From: Vicugna vicugna
Lineage: Eukaryota
NCBI GenBank assembly: GCA_013265495.1
Contig: MU060195.1
Coordinates: 62,001-126,000 of the forward strand
DNA: 64,000 bases
Direction of reading: 5' to 3'
Position 1 is the first letter of the stretch; each line of letters starts with the position of its first letter. A program made the translations under genes and the position numbers. This document shows positions 22,151 through 35,400 of the stretch, piece after piece. The notes under the pieces were generated by a model that was not told the DNA's origin, did not search any database, and saw only the letters and a program-made list of their open reading frames with translations.

Positions 22151-25100
22151 ACACTGGGTTTTAGGAAAAGAAATAGGGTTAGGACAGGGTTCCAGCCATG
22201 GGGCCGCCATTGCCTTGCTGTGTGGGGACAAGCACGGTGGGGGGTGCTATTTCTTTGTGATTTCCTTTGGCCCTGGTGATGAATTCCTAGCTGCCTGAAC
22301 AGGACGAGAATGGCGTGAGTGACCACACCTGCAAAGGGTGGCGGCTGGAGGTCGGCGTTTGCATAGGTGGGAGTAGCATCGCTGCCGGGGGCAGTGGCAC
22401 ATCTGTCCAGCGTGCACACACACCTCCCCAGCCTGGCCCCTCACCTGGGGTGGGCAGTGCCATCGGAGCGAACGCTGTGGATGAAGAACAAAGACCAGCC
22501 CTCGCCTTCCCTGTGTCTTTGCAGCCAGCACTCTTGTTCTCCGCATGCGCTGGAGGTAAAGGTAAAAATAGCTCTGCCTCCAAGCTTCACCTCGCTACAC
22601 CAGGATCAGGTTCAAGGCCAAGGTTCTAGCAGAGGGAACCTTGGTAGCGACAATGGGAGAGCTCCTCCGACCAAGGGGAGGTCGGTCCTGGGGCACAGCC
22701 TTCTCTGATTTGCCTTCACCCACTCCACCTCACTCTGCAAACACCACAAACCTAAAGGTCAGGCGCACGCGCCTTGATGCTGACGGGTCTTTGAAAAATG
22801 AACACGTTCAGAAGAAGCTATTTATCTTGGGGGAATGAATATCATTCCAGCCAGTTTCAAAAGAGACGATTTTTTTTCACCAGCACAGTAGCACATGGTT
22901 AAGGTAACGTAACGTGTCAAGCCAACGTCTTTTGTGAATCCGGGGAGAAGCTCATTTCCAATGACACAAGGTAATTGTGAACAGAAGGGTGGCCTCCTTC
23001 AAGTCCAGCAGGAGCTCGAGTCCAGCTATTCACGTTGGCCATACCCACTCAGAATGACAAAGTCACTTGATGGGCGGGGGACGGATATGCATTATTCACA
23101 GAGGCACCTTCAAAGAAGTCCATCAATTATAGGTTTCCCGAAACCGAAAGTCCCCGCGGGCTGGCAGTGAAAGCCAGGTGAGGAGGTGTAATGAGCGTGA
23201 GGGTTGCTCCTGGTTAATTTGCCCCTTGCTCAGGCGGCGTTCCGTGCCCCAGGAAGAGGGGCTGCCTTTGTGCTCGCTCCGCACTGCGCTGCCCTCCCAG
23301 AGGCCCCCTGACTCCCAAGCGCCGACCCTGGCTCCACGCTCGGAGTAGCCCTGGCGCGTCTGCTGCCCCGGAGCCAGCTCACAGTGAGAGAGTCTTCGCA
23401 GGTCCGGGCCGGGGCCTGGCAATCGGCATTCTCCTCTCTCCGGCTGAATCGAGTGTGCAGCCAGGGTCTAGAAACAGTGAACTACGCTGCAGTTCCTTAA
23501 GAGATCTGCATATTTTTTAACCGAAAGAGAGTTGTGAGAACCAAATACTTCAATACTTTCCCAGTATACTTAGATTCCAAAGAGTCCACTTAGGTCACTG
23601 CCATGGTTTTATGTCGCACGTGGTGGACGCGTGCCAGGTTTCGGCTTCCAGAATTTGAACTCTCCGATCTGGGGACTCGCCTTCATTGTTCGATCCTGGT
23701 GGGGGCGGGCCAAGATGCCCAACTTGGTGTTAAGTCCTGTGCTTTATTCAAGCAGCTGGGAGACAAACTATCTGTACACAACTGTGTTGAGGACATATTT
23801 CAACATGACCATGACCCTCAGCACCTGTCCAGGCAGGCAGAGCAGTCCCCTGCAGGTCTGCCTCTGGCTCCTGCCATGCAGGATTTGGGACAGTCCTCCT
23901 GCCCCGGGGGTCACAGCCCACTCACGACCCGCCCTGTCTGCCAGGTTGACTCTGTCATGGACTCCCCCACTGGCGTTCCCAAGTGGCACTGAAAAGGGCC
24001 GCAAAGAAAAATCACAGTAAATGCATCGCGATGGGCCAAATGGACAATGCTCTCCATCCCTTGAGGAAACTACGTTCTGTCCTTTGAAGAGGATGTTGAA
24101 AGACAGTTTGCCCAGACCATCCTGATGTGGCGGCAGGCACCTCAACTCACCCTCATCTCCCCTTTTAATTATTCCAAATCCTGCCCGTTCTTCAAGACCA
24201 GCGTCAAATCCTTGCCCTCCTCCCGTGAAGCGACGTACCCTTTTCTGCTAAAACAATCACCCAGCCCTTGACCGAAGTACATGTATTTGCGAACATTCTA
24301 GAATCAAAATAAAAGCTACCGTGAAGATGAGAAGAGTAATCCTTATACCAGCCGCGTCTGCCGAGAGAACGTGCCCCGGCGGCGAGCGTTAAGCCGTTAA
24401 CAGCCACCAGGGTAAATTTCAGCCGCTCACGGTCCTACCGGGAAATGTGACGTGGCGCAAGGCTTGCTGTGCGCGCCCAGAGCAAGGAGACTCCGCTCAG
24501 GTTCCCCTCTGTCTGTGGACCCTCGGGTCAGGAAACTTCACTCTCTCACCCAGAGTTGCCTCAACTGCAAATCAGTCGCGACGGCCCTGCCTCGCAGGGA
24601 CGCTCCCGGGGTTACACGCACTGTATCACACGAGGGGATCAGCCAGCGCCCCGTTCATAGTCACCTGACGGATGTTAGCTGTGATTGTTATACGTTGACC
24701 CCGGCTTAGATTTCATGCTTACCTCTTCATGTAAAGTAGTGACCGTCCCTTCCAGCACCTCTGGCTTCGGCGCCCGCAGCAGACAACAGAGCAGCTCGCC
24801 AGGCGAATAGCTGCTTGATAGATAACAGAGCTATCAGGCAACTTGTCATTTAGGGGAAAAGCGGGTTGAATGAGGCTTTTCATTGTTTTGTCCCAACTTT
24901 TAAAGGTTAACAGGAAATCCAGTCCTGTTAAATGGTTACCTCGCTCGCTCATAGTGCAGAGCTCAAACACAAGGACAAAGATTTGATCCTTGCCCTAAAG
25001 GACGCCTTGCAGGCAAGCAGGAAACATGACCACTCCAGCAGAGGAAAAGGAAGAGGAAATGAGCTCGCATGGTGGGGAGGCAAGTAGGGACCAATCACAG

Positions 25101-27639
25101 ATAATGCCCTGCCGTTATGAGCGCGTCCACGGGTTCCGAAACGTTATCCAGTACTGAGAGAGGAAATCTGGGCTGACGTGTTATTTTCTGAGCTGTTTAT
25201 TAAAGTATTGGCTGCAGAAGAAATGGGAGCAGCCTTCAACTCCATCCCCCGACTCAAAGCCAGTGCTGTGTCACCAGGCCTCCTGGCTCACTGAGGGGAG
25301 AGAGGGAAGACGAAGATTCTGAAAAAGCTGTTGAGAACAGTTAAGACACTGCTGGACACCAGAAGCTGACACATTGTAACTGACTATGCTAAAAAAAAAG
25401 TATATGATCTTAAAAAGGGAGGAAAAACAAGAAGAAACCTGATCGTGTCCGTCCAACTGCAGTCTAACAAAGCTTATACTTCCAGTGGGGGCTTCTGAGG
25501 GGAGTTCCCACTCGCTGGGGGCCAGAGAAATGCCTTCCGCTCCGTCAGCAGTCAGTCAGCCCCAGTGAAGGCGGCAGCTTACGTTTCTACCAACCAAAAT
25601 GCTCTGCCTCTGGACTATATCAGAGCAAAAGAAATTAATCAGGCACGGACAGTCGACCAAGCCTCCGAATCTAATCTGTGCCGTGGGTCCTAACTCCGCA
25701 GCTGACTGGTTAACAGAGAAAACAGACCAGCAGACCATTTGGCCCAAGCTCATCAAGGGCCCAGAGGCCACCTTGCTGCCAAGGTGAAGAGCAGAAGCGG
25801 TCCCTCCACGGAACACGGCGCAGTGACCTCAGTCCACCTCCCCTGGGAGAGCAGGTAAGACTCACAGGCATTCGAAAGCATCCTGAGCTTGGACGTAGCC
25901 GGAAAGCAGCACCTACTGTCACCGAGAGGTGTGCAGCTCAGAGTCAGCCAAGCCCAGAGCTGACCTCAGCCCCTCTGACTCCTCCTCCTGGAGGGTTTTA
26001 ACCACCAGACTGACTGGGGCACTACTCAACCTCCGCTCCCGACCGGAAGTGCAGGCAAGCCGCTCTGCCAACTGCAACGTCAGTCAACAGATCTAAAGAG
26101 GAGCTCGTTTCCAGCTCCCTCGGGCCAGGCACCAAGGCAGCCCCACACCCCCGCCGGGGCTTACCGCCAACTGCTGAGGCCAGAATCTGCAGAGTAAACT
26201 GACACGGCACCGGGCCACTGAAATGCAGTCCAGCCAGCCTTTGTCCAGCAGCTCTTCCTGCAGTGCACTGTGCCGGGGGTCGTGGAATCACCTGATGGCC
26301 CGCATCTAGCTCCTGCCTTCACACAGCTCCGAATCTTGGTGGCAAGACAGATATGCAAATAACTACAGTAAAAAGCAAACTTACGTACATAAGGCATGGA
26401 ACTGCAGAGACAAGCAAGCACCACGAAACATAATTGGGGCCACCGCCTTCCCTCCTCCACAGCCCTGTCACCTGCTAACGACCGTCGCCAAAGAAAACGA
26501 CCAAGGGCTAAGTCGCTGCCACCTCCCCATTAGGATTCCGCTCATGTCACCCTCCTGCCAAGCCCTTAATCAGCACTTTCACTTCAGTCACCGTGATTGC
26601 AAAGGCCTGGCTGCAGGACAACTGCAGAAAGTCATTGTTTCACCCTGACCAGTGTGGTTTGAAAAGTTGCTACCTTCAGAGAAAGTAGAAACTCAAAAAA
26701 AAAAAAGTGCAATTTTCCTCTTCAAGGTCTTTGCAAAAGTGCCTGCGACACATCCACCAGTACTTTACAAATCAACATATATGGAAATTTCTAATTAGCA
26801 TATCATGGGATCATATACCTCCTCTCTTTTCTTCCCTCTGATCTCTTCCTCTCGTAATTAAACCAGCTGTGGCTATTTCTGCCTTTTTCAAGCTCCAAGA
26901 ATAACCTTCCCCTTTTTCTATCAGAACCATTAGAAAAAAGGAAAGTCTTAACATGGCGTTGGATGAACACACCAGGATCTTATTTGAGCCCATAATTAAC
27001 ATCCAGTTTAATCCACAGCAAATAATTAACCTAATCTAGCAGACCTCAGTGAGAGGCTTCCACAGTAAACGCTCTTCGTGTACCTGACGGAAATGACTAA
27101 AAAGAATTTCCTCCCACCACCGTCCCCAGCCTCAAAAGATCCATAAAACCTCAGAACCATAAAAAATCTTTGAAACTTCCATTTTATAATCCAAAAGAAG
27201 ACAGAGTAACTGGGCATTACACCAGAAAACGCATCACACTGACCTTCCCAGCCCCAGTAAGACACGCATCAAGGTCCCTCTCCTCAAAAAGGAAGAGATT
27301 CAGAAGGGAGAGTCAGGATGTGAACCCGGGTCTTCTGAACCAGGTCTCTCTCACCGGTGCTCAGGTTCCTGCCCTGTGCTGACTCCCCAGGGCTGACCGC
27401 GTTCATGAGCTGCACATGACGGTGCAGCAGCTCGGGCTCTCATGGTCACGCAGGCTAAGTCTCGGACAGGCTTGTGCCTGGACCACACAGCATCCTTGCT
27501 CCCTGCCTCCTGCTGCTGATAACGTGCTTGTGGTTCCTCCAGGACAGATGTCTTCATTTCTCCCTCTTCTTACCCTTCCTTCTAACGTTATCTTCTTGAT
27601 GTCAAGTAATACACAATAGTCAGAGGAAAAAGCTACCGA

Positions 27640-29030
27640 ACTCCCCTTCCCAGAGGTAACCACTTTTTGCTGTGCATGGGTGTGTAGTGTTTTCCACATT
27701 CTCTGCGCATTTGTGTTCTACAAACACATCACTTTACGTTCGTGCAGTCATTCCATTCCATCCTGTGATTTGCCTTTTCCACTTCACGTACCTTGGCATT
27801 CTTTCCACATCACATTCCTGTAACTGTCTATTCATTTGAACTCGAGCTGCGTATCCCATCGTATGAAAGCATTAGGATTTCACCAGCATTCTGTTTTTCC
27901 TAGTGTGTGGCTGTTACAAACAGCAATGTAGCAAAACAAAATTATAAACGCAGTAGGAACAAACATAGGAGAACTTTTTTAAAAACCCTGCACAAAGGAA
28001 AACCTATCTTCAACAAGATATAAAAACCCAGAAAATAAGAGATTTACCGTCCTGAAACAATAACATTCAAAATATAGGACATTATCAAACAGATAAAATA
28101 CTTGCAATATGAGTCAGAAGGAGGATTACTATCCAGAGTATATAAAGAGCTCCTATAACTCAACAAGAAAGTGCTGCAGTGCGGAAAATGTAACTGGCAT
28201 GATCGATGCGATGCTTTTATCTTTTTACTGCAATTGGTTACAACAGTATATTTCCTGGTGTTGAACCATCCTTGTGTTCCTGAGACCAATACATCATAAT
28301 CAAAGAAGGATTTTCTTTTAATAAATTAGGATTCAATTTCTTGCGTGCTGCATTTAGATTTGTTCATGAGATCGGTGTATAGTTTGAGGGGAAAACATTT
28401 TCATTATTATTTTCAAATGTGTTCTATTACAGAGGTTTGTGGGGGTTTATTTCCTTGTTTATTCTCAAAGAGTGACCATTCTTCAAGGAGAGAACTAAAT
28501 TCATTCACAGTCATTATGTTTGAACACAATTCTGCCATCTTATTTATTATTTAACGTTCCTTCCTGTTGGTTTCTATGGACTCCTCCTTTTTCATTTTTG
28601 TTTTTCTTTCTTTTACTTTCTAGACTTTGGTAGTATTGATCAACTTGTCTTTATTCCATTTCCCTTCTCCAGTGTTCCAGAAGTGAGACATCCTAATGCT
28701 AATTCTGAAATAGTTGCTCTCAGACTTTTTTTACACGCAAAACTAAGCATGTTGATTTCTGTATTCTCTCCAGAAACAAGAAGGAGCCTGCATGTGTTGC
28801 CCTGCTCACCAACTCCTCGCTGCTCCTCCCTCGACAAGAGTCCTTGGTCTTAGTTCTAGATTGTGACTTTATATTGTGGGTCAAGAGCAATACTTCATAC
28901 TGTTTCACTTTCTGTGCGCTTCCTTGATCACTGTGATAATCACCATCATTTTGTAGATTTATTTTTCATTCCTATGCTATTGTCTCATAATTCTTTCAGA
29001 GCTGGTCAGTCAATCCCAAATCACTGTTTG
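27640..29030. mobile_element. Cluster of old L1ME fragments in both orientations (about 27640-27930 minus, 27950-28175 plus, 28200-29030 minus)
   Basis: CCCAGAGGTAACCACT; ATCCAGAGTATATAAAGAGCTCCTATAACTCAACAAGAAA; GTTGAACCATCCTTGTGTTCCTGAGA; TTGTTCATGAGATCGGTGTATAG. Confidence 0.65.
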
Positions 29031-29374
29031 TCTAACTGGTCTTTACTGTCCCCCATAAGCTTGAATGCTGTTTTGTCTGCGTGAGGCATTCAGGGTTGAG
29101 CACAAAGTGAGGTGAGGAAGGAGACGTGCTCGGTCACCAGCTGGCCCCACCCTGGAGAAAGGCTCCGCATCCCCACGAGCGGGAGCTCTGAGCCAGCAGG
29201 ACCCCTGTTATTCTGCGGGTAAGTTGCTTCCCTCTTTCCTGAAAACCTGTGCTGTGACCACATGGTCCCCAGCTCTGGTCTTACTCACGGAGGCTAGTAC
29301 TTGCAGCATCCTTCACTCTGCAGAGTGGGTACTGTCCTCACTTCTTGGAAATTAGCTTTTGCTATTTCTCCAAA

Positions 29375-29606
29375 TGGTTAGGATCACAGGCTTTAGGGCA
29401 AACAGCCCGTGTTTGAATGTCCTCCACCACTGTTTAGTCGTGTGACTTTGGGCAAACTGCCTAGCCTCCCTGCTGTTCAGCTTCCCCATTTAAAGAGTGG
29501 GGTTAGTCATAGTCCGTATCTCTTAGAGTTGCTGAGAACTGAGTGAGTTAATTCCTGAAGAGCTCTTGAAAATGTCTGGCACATAATAAATGCTCAACAA
29601 TTCACT
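29375..29606 (+). mobile_element. Near-full-length MIR
   Basis: GTGTGACTTTGGGCAAACTGCCTAGCCTC...CAGCTTCCCCATTTAAAGAGTGGGG...TGGCACATAATAAATGCTCAACAATT. Confidence 0.85.
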
Positions 29607-30169
29607 TTTTTTGAGTTCTCCTCTGTTGCCTGAATCATTTCTGTTTTCTTCATACTGGGTTTGTCTTTTTTTTTTTCGCCATGATGGTGGTCTTCCTTGA
29701 ATATCTAGTAACCCTTGGTTATCATTATGATGAAAAACAAGATTAACTAGATTAACTAGGGCAGACGGCTTCTCTGCTGTTTGCTCCAACGCCTGTGGTC
29801 TTAACCATTTGGAGAAACAGGAAAAGAGGTAGAAATGTTTTCCCAAAATGCATTCCCTAAATGTGAAAGCTGACCAACCTCCCCCACCACTGGGTTCTCA
29901 GCTTCTAGGCTTGGCTTCCTTTCTGGGTTCCAGAAATTTCCCACAAGCTTTGGTCCAATGACAACTTACTGTCTAACCTTCTGTTTCTCTTCCAGGCACA
30001 TTCTTTTTAAAGGGTTCTTTTGTGCCATCGAAGGTGGGGTGAGGCCAGCGGGGGAGCCGGGCTCAGTCGGCCCCAGATGCTGCCCCTCCCACAGCTTCTC
30101 AGCTCTCCCCCTCCTGCTCTCGGGCACCTTCAGTGTAAACTCCCGAATCAGGCACTTTCACACCCCCAG

Positions 30170-30360
30170 GTTTGGTTCTGGGGTGTCTCTGATGACTCAC
30201 CTCTTGCCGCTCTCTTCCCCTCACACGCTGGCTTTAGCCGAAGTGAATTCCCTGCGTTTCCTCAGCACAACACGCCACTTCCACCTCAGTTCACACTCAC
30301 TCTTCCTTTGGCTGACGGCTGCTCTTCCTGACGGCAGCTCCGATCTTGTTCCTCATCAGT
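30170..30360 (+). mobile_element. L2 fragment
   Basis: CCCTCACACGCTGGCTTTAGCCGAAGTGAATTCCCTGCGTTTCCTCAGCAC resembles L2. Confidence 0.45.
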
Positions 30361-32179
30361 AAGAAGAAGTCTTAGAATACATTGACTTTAGGGGCCTTCC
30401 AGCTCTAAAATGTATAATCACACACAAGTAAACTCATTGATATCGAAGCCCTTTCTTCTTACCTCCGCAGCATGGCAAGGTGTCACAGGTTCTAAAGGAA
30501 GGTGCGGGACACAAACCTTTATTGTTTACCTAAGTCCCCCAGCATCTCAGGGTTACAGGGCTTTTCATGGCAGACCCAGGGCTTCTCACATGCTGCATAG
30601 AAACTAATATGCAAGCACCGCAGATCGAGCCAGGGCTCACTAAGAACAGCCGCCCAGATCCCCAGCTAACCCTTCAGTTAGGGGCCCTGATAGAGAAATG
30701 GCTCCGGACAGAGCCCAGCCAGTTTTCATCAGTTAACTGAAGAAGCTCAAACCATGACCTTGGATCACATCCCTGACATTTTTGAGTTTTCCTGCAGACA
30801 CCAGGGGCAATGTGTGAGAGCACATGCTGTCCTGCTGATGAGTGTGTGGTTTGCGCAGAGGGCAGCCGTGTGCCCCCGGCAGGGCCAGGCCTCTCCCCAC
30901 TCCCTGCTGCAGGCATCACTTCTCCCAGAGACTCAGAGAGTCATCCTGGGCTCTGCTCTGACCCACTTGTCAGTTAATTTCTTATATTCCCCCCCACGGG
31001 ATGCCGTGCTATCCGGAGACTTAATACCATCATAATCCCCCTGCCATAAAAGACAAAACCTGTCCATAAAGGCTGCAGCTGTGGTCCTGGAAAGGAGGAA
31101 ACTCACTTTAAATCACCATCTCTGGAATGAAAGCACGCTGGTCCAGAGGACCTCGCACGCCGTCTGGAAAGGCCTTCGACGTCGCTCGGGGAGCGGTGGT
31201 GTCCCGTGGCTGAGGACACTGTGGGTGCTGTTCACCCTGGGGAGCAGTTCCAGTTCTCACCGAGATGGAGTTCCACCGAATGGGCGGCCTGGAAAACGAT
31301 CTCGAGCTCCAAGAACAGCACAAGCAGGAGGCACTGCCAGGCTCTCCAGGGAGACGCAGTGCCCCGAGCGCGCCGTGCCCAGAAGCGATGGAATCGCCCA
31401 CGCGGTTCCAGGCCTGAGGTGCCAGGGGCGCTGTTAACAGCCGCAGGGCACCAGGCACAGGCAGGGATGCTGGGACCAGAGGAGCAAACGCGGCCGGAGA
31501 GGAGCGCGGCCCCCGGGGGGCTGAGGTTCTATGCAAACCTCTCCTGCACGCTGCGGTTCAGGGACTGGCCGCCTCGCCCTGCAGCCGGAGGGAGCAGCGT
31601 CCACAGGGAGGCATTTCAGCGGGACCCGCCCTCCTGCTGCGGCCGCAAGGAGTGACTTTCTAGCCAATGGGTCAGCAGAGGAAGCTGACCTCGGCACGTT
31701 CTGTGCACCATTCCAGGAGGCGCTTGTCCTCTCTCTGCCCCGCAGTCGGGTCTGCCCGGTGGTGGCCTCAGGATGCCAGCCGCCAGGGATCACGTGCAGA
31801 AACCCTCAACCCAGGTGGGATGTGTCAACAAGCCCTTTTGCCCCCAGATCAAGAGCCACATTCTCCAACTGGCTTTATCGGTAACGAGGCGGCTCAGACC
31901 TCTGCCTCTCTGATGCCCCGGCCTTTGTTCAAAGTTGGTTCTGAACATGGAAGGGGAGTCATGGGAGTTACGTTTTGACCCCTAAGAGTCTCGTCCTTGG
32001 TGTCTGCACAGTGGGCTGGAAACAGAGGCTGGTGGCACTCTCGGGGCCATAGAACAAAGAAAACAAGCAAGGAATTCGATGTATAAATTTCCCTCATCTT
32101 TGATGGTAAAAAATACCCTGTTTTACTTCAAAAGTAATTTACATATAAGATTTTTTAAAGGATTTGGCATCCTACTAAT

Positions 32180-32182
<3 letters not shown>

Positions 32183-32210
<28 letters not shown>
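32183..32210. repeat. (CA)14 microsatellite
   Basis: Perfect CA run. Confidence 0.98.
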
Positions 32211-32214
<4 letters not shown>

Positions 32215-32382
32215 CTTGAAAAGACTGAGCTATGTGGACTTTTCTTTTTAATGAGATTCCTCTTTAAGAGCAGAAGCCCTGGCAGGAGTAATGGAAAGAC
32301 CATGTAAACATCTAAAAGCAGATCTGGAAGGTGAGAGTCCAGAAACATGGACCCATGGACACATCGTCCCAGAGAACGCATG

Positions 32383-32409
32383 CACACACACACACACACA
32401 CACACACAC
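32383..32409. repeat. (CA)13 microsatellite
   Basis: Perfect CA run. Confidence 0.98.
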
Positions 32410-35400
32410 TATTCTGATCACCTCCCTGATCATCTGAAATATCGAAAACCAGGCTCTTATTTTTCTTTGCTTCTAATGTGACCAACGGCTGGAGTTAGTA
32501 ATCTACTTGGAAAGGAAACCTCCCCACTGAGCAGGTCCCAAGAAGGGAGCATGGTCATCAGACCACGCTGGCCCTCTCTCCACACTGCGTCGTGGGTGGG
32601 TGACTTCTGAAGTCCAGCATTCCTGCCTAAATGTTCGCTCTCTTGTGGATGGGCCTGAGAAAAATACTACTTTTAAATTTCTGTAGCATACCAGCCGCCT
32701 CTTAAAACCACTCGGCACTGCTAGACAAATCATGCCCCGTAGCAAACTATTTCATTGCAGTGTGACATTAGTTCGAAGGGTACAAATGAAATGCAAAGTT
32801 CTTGTCAGATTCGCTTCAGATTCTTCTAATCCTTTCTTTTGCTTTCTTACTTCATAGCACTGAGAAAGGCAAATTAATCAGCAGCTGTTTGGATTATGAA
32901 GACTTTCCGTTTCTCCTGAGAAGTTATGGCAGTTGTGAGGTGAAGGCTCCCCGCCTGCCCTCCCGAGCCAGTTAGAAAAGCCACCGGCTGGTAGACGGTC
33001 AGCTGGCACGAGACGTCACCGCACACCTTCACACAAGTGCTCAGATGAACTTTGCGTCCGGAGAGCTGGAGGCGTTAGCTTCTGTAATCCACCCAGAAGT
33101 TCACACTTTCAAAACGGAACAAGGGTGGGAAGGGAGAGGCGGCGCACTGAGCAGTGACTCCAGATTCAGGTTTGCAATCCTGGGGTACTTATCTTCTCGA
33201 ATCTTTATGTTTTTGCTAAATATTCACTCCTGCTGGCCTAATTACAGCCCCAGAGGAAAACAGCGAGCGGAGTGTGCGGTGCTCAAAACTCACCCATGTG
33301 GAGAGACGGGCACGTCGGACTAAGTGCCAGCTTCGGCACTGAGCAGAACACGTGTACTTCTCACTGAGCGAAGGTTTGCAAATTTTGCCATCAGCAAAAC
33401 ACATTTTTATTGCCTCCTAAGTAACTTCCCATGATAGAAAAATATTTCCCCCTCAACTTAGAATTTTTGTCTCACAAAATACTGAAACTTCGCCCGCAGA
33501 TAAAACACTTAACCCCAAATTAATTAGCGAGCAAACTACAGGATAGTGGGGAGAGGCTCCACGCTTCTGTATCATTCTCCCGGAAGCAGGAAGGACATGT
33601 GGAAACCCCCAGCGTCACCAGGTGCTGCCCAAGGGTGCTGGGGGCTCTCCATGACCACGACAAAATGTAACACCTGAACCAGGAGGGAGCAGTTCTCCTG
33701 CCTCTTGGCCCAAAGCGGTCCTGTCTGCAAGACTCCACTCACACAGCTGGAGGGGCTTACTCAGCGGGCCGGCCCCACCGGTCAGCACTTGTGCCCCCTG
33801 TTTACTGGATGGGGGTGCAGCCAAGGCCCCCCACTGGTGCCCCAGAAGGACATCAGACCAGGCCCTCCACCCAAACGAGGACGAAGAACAAGCTCTCACA
33901 CAGGTCTTTACCGTCACCATGCTGTCAAGTTCTTGAAGACACCGTCTGGGTCTTGTTGACACTCACGTGTCCCCAGATGCCACAGACGCCCCGGCACATG
34001 ACACACAGTGGGCTTGGTAACAGTTTCTGCTGTGTTCCACTTTTCCATGCTTTTTTTTTTTTTAATGAATCAACCTTAAAAGAAATCATATGCTCCCTGG
34101 ATTTGACTGAGAGAACTGATCCCACGACTTCTGAAGATTTGTCCCTTAAATATTGGTCCTTCTGAACAAGCCAAGGTTCTCTTCACAGATAAGTTTGTAA
34201 ACTACCAGTCGCACCCGGGCTCTGATGGATAGAACTGATCCCCGGACGTGTGGACGGCCCTGCTGACCGCAAGCCACATGTGACCAAGGGAGCTAGTGAA
34301 CCCTTCTCACTGTGAGGGGCGTCCCTGAGTAGCTGCATCAGAACGGCTCAAACGGAGCCTCCTTAGACGAAAACTAAAATACTTGCAACGAAAAAACCAC
34401 CAGCTAGACGTAACAGCCTGTCAAACAATGCAGAACAAAAGACCAGCGAGCTTGCAGGCAGACAAAGCAAAACAGCCACAGCATCTAAAACAGAGCGTCA
34501 AGAAAGAAGGCAGGGGTGTCAGCGCAGAGCGGCAGCGGCATCTGGCACGACACCAGGTGGCCTCGTGCTTGTGTAGCTGGGTTCCCAAGGGCCAGTAAAG
34601 GACCAAGAGAAAGAAAAGAACTTAAAGAACTGAATTAAAAATGTAATCTCAAAGTCTGATAAAAAAAAATGCGAACCCAAAGGTATGAGACGCCAAGTCA
34701 AGGAGCGTCCTGAAACCGGCAAGACATCCCCCACCCACAAAGAAAGGGGAAGTGGGCTTCTCGTACCAAATAATTCAGTCATGTGTTTATTAAGGCCTCC
34801 ACCCTGGGCTAGTCTATGCCGTGGAGGAACACAGGGATGCTCAGGCCATGGTCCAGGCTACCAGAAGGTGTCCACAGGCATCAGACGAAACAGCAAAGCG
34901 GTGTCTGGTTAATTAAGCACTCCGTGCGCAGTCAGGACAACTCTGTACTCGGGAGGGGGGACCACGGGCTTGAGTCAGAGGGAAGGGTGACTGAACACCT
35001 GGTGCTCGATCAAGGTCCAGACAGGTGAGCACAGGTGTAATGGGGCCCGGGGACCAGCGGGTCCCCAGTGACAGAACTTCTGCATAACATCCATAGGTGT
35101 CCAGCCAAATTGGCGATAGGTTGAGGATTGAGGGTTTAGCAAAGGATCCACAAACAAGATTGTCAACTGCCTCTTGAAAGGAGATGTAAGAGAGCATGAA
35201 GTGCTCAAGAAATGACACTCAATCCAGTGGAGCTGAGCTTCCTGGCTTAGGAAGAGGAGACTCAGAGCATCAAATCATGAAGGTCCTTGAGTGCCAGGCT
35301 CTGACATACAGTTGCTTCCCAGCGTGTTCAAAGACAGAGTTTGTTTCAAGGACATCTAACAGGCGGCGACAGAAGGAGAAAGTCAGCTTAGTTCTCCCCT

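Noticed and set aside
24060-24270. Protein-looking + frame GNYVLSFEEDVERQFAQTILMWRQ...
   Set aside because: It is preceded by an in-frame stop, lacks convincing splice sites, and matches no protein I recognise.
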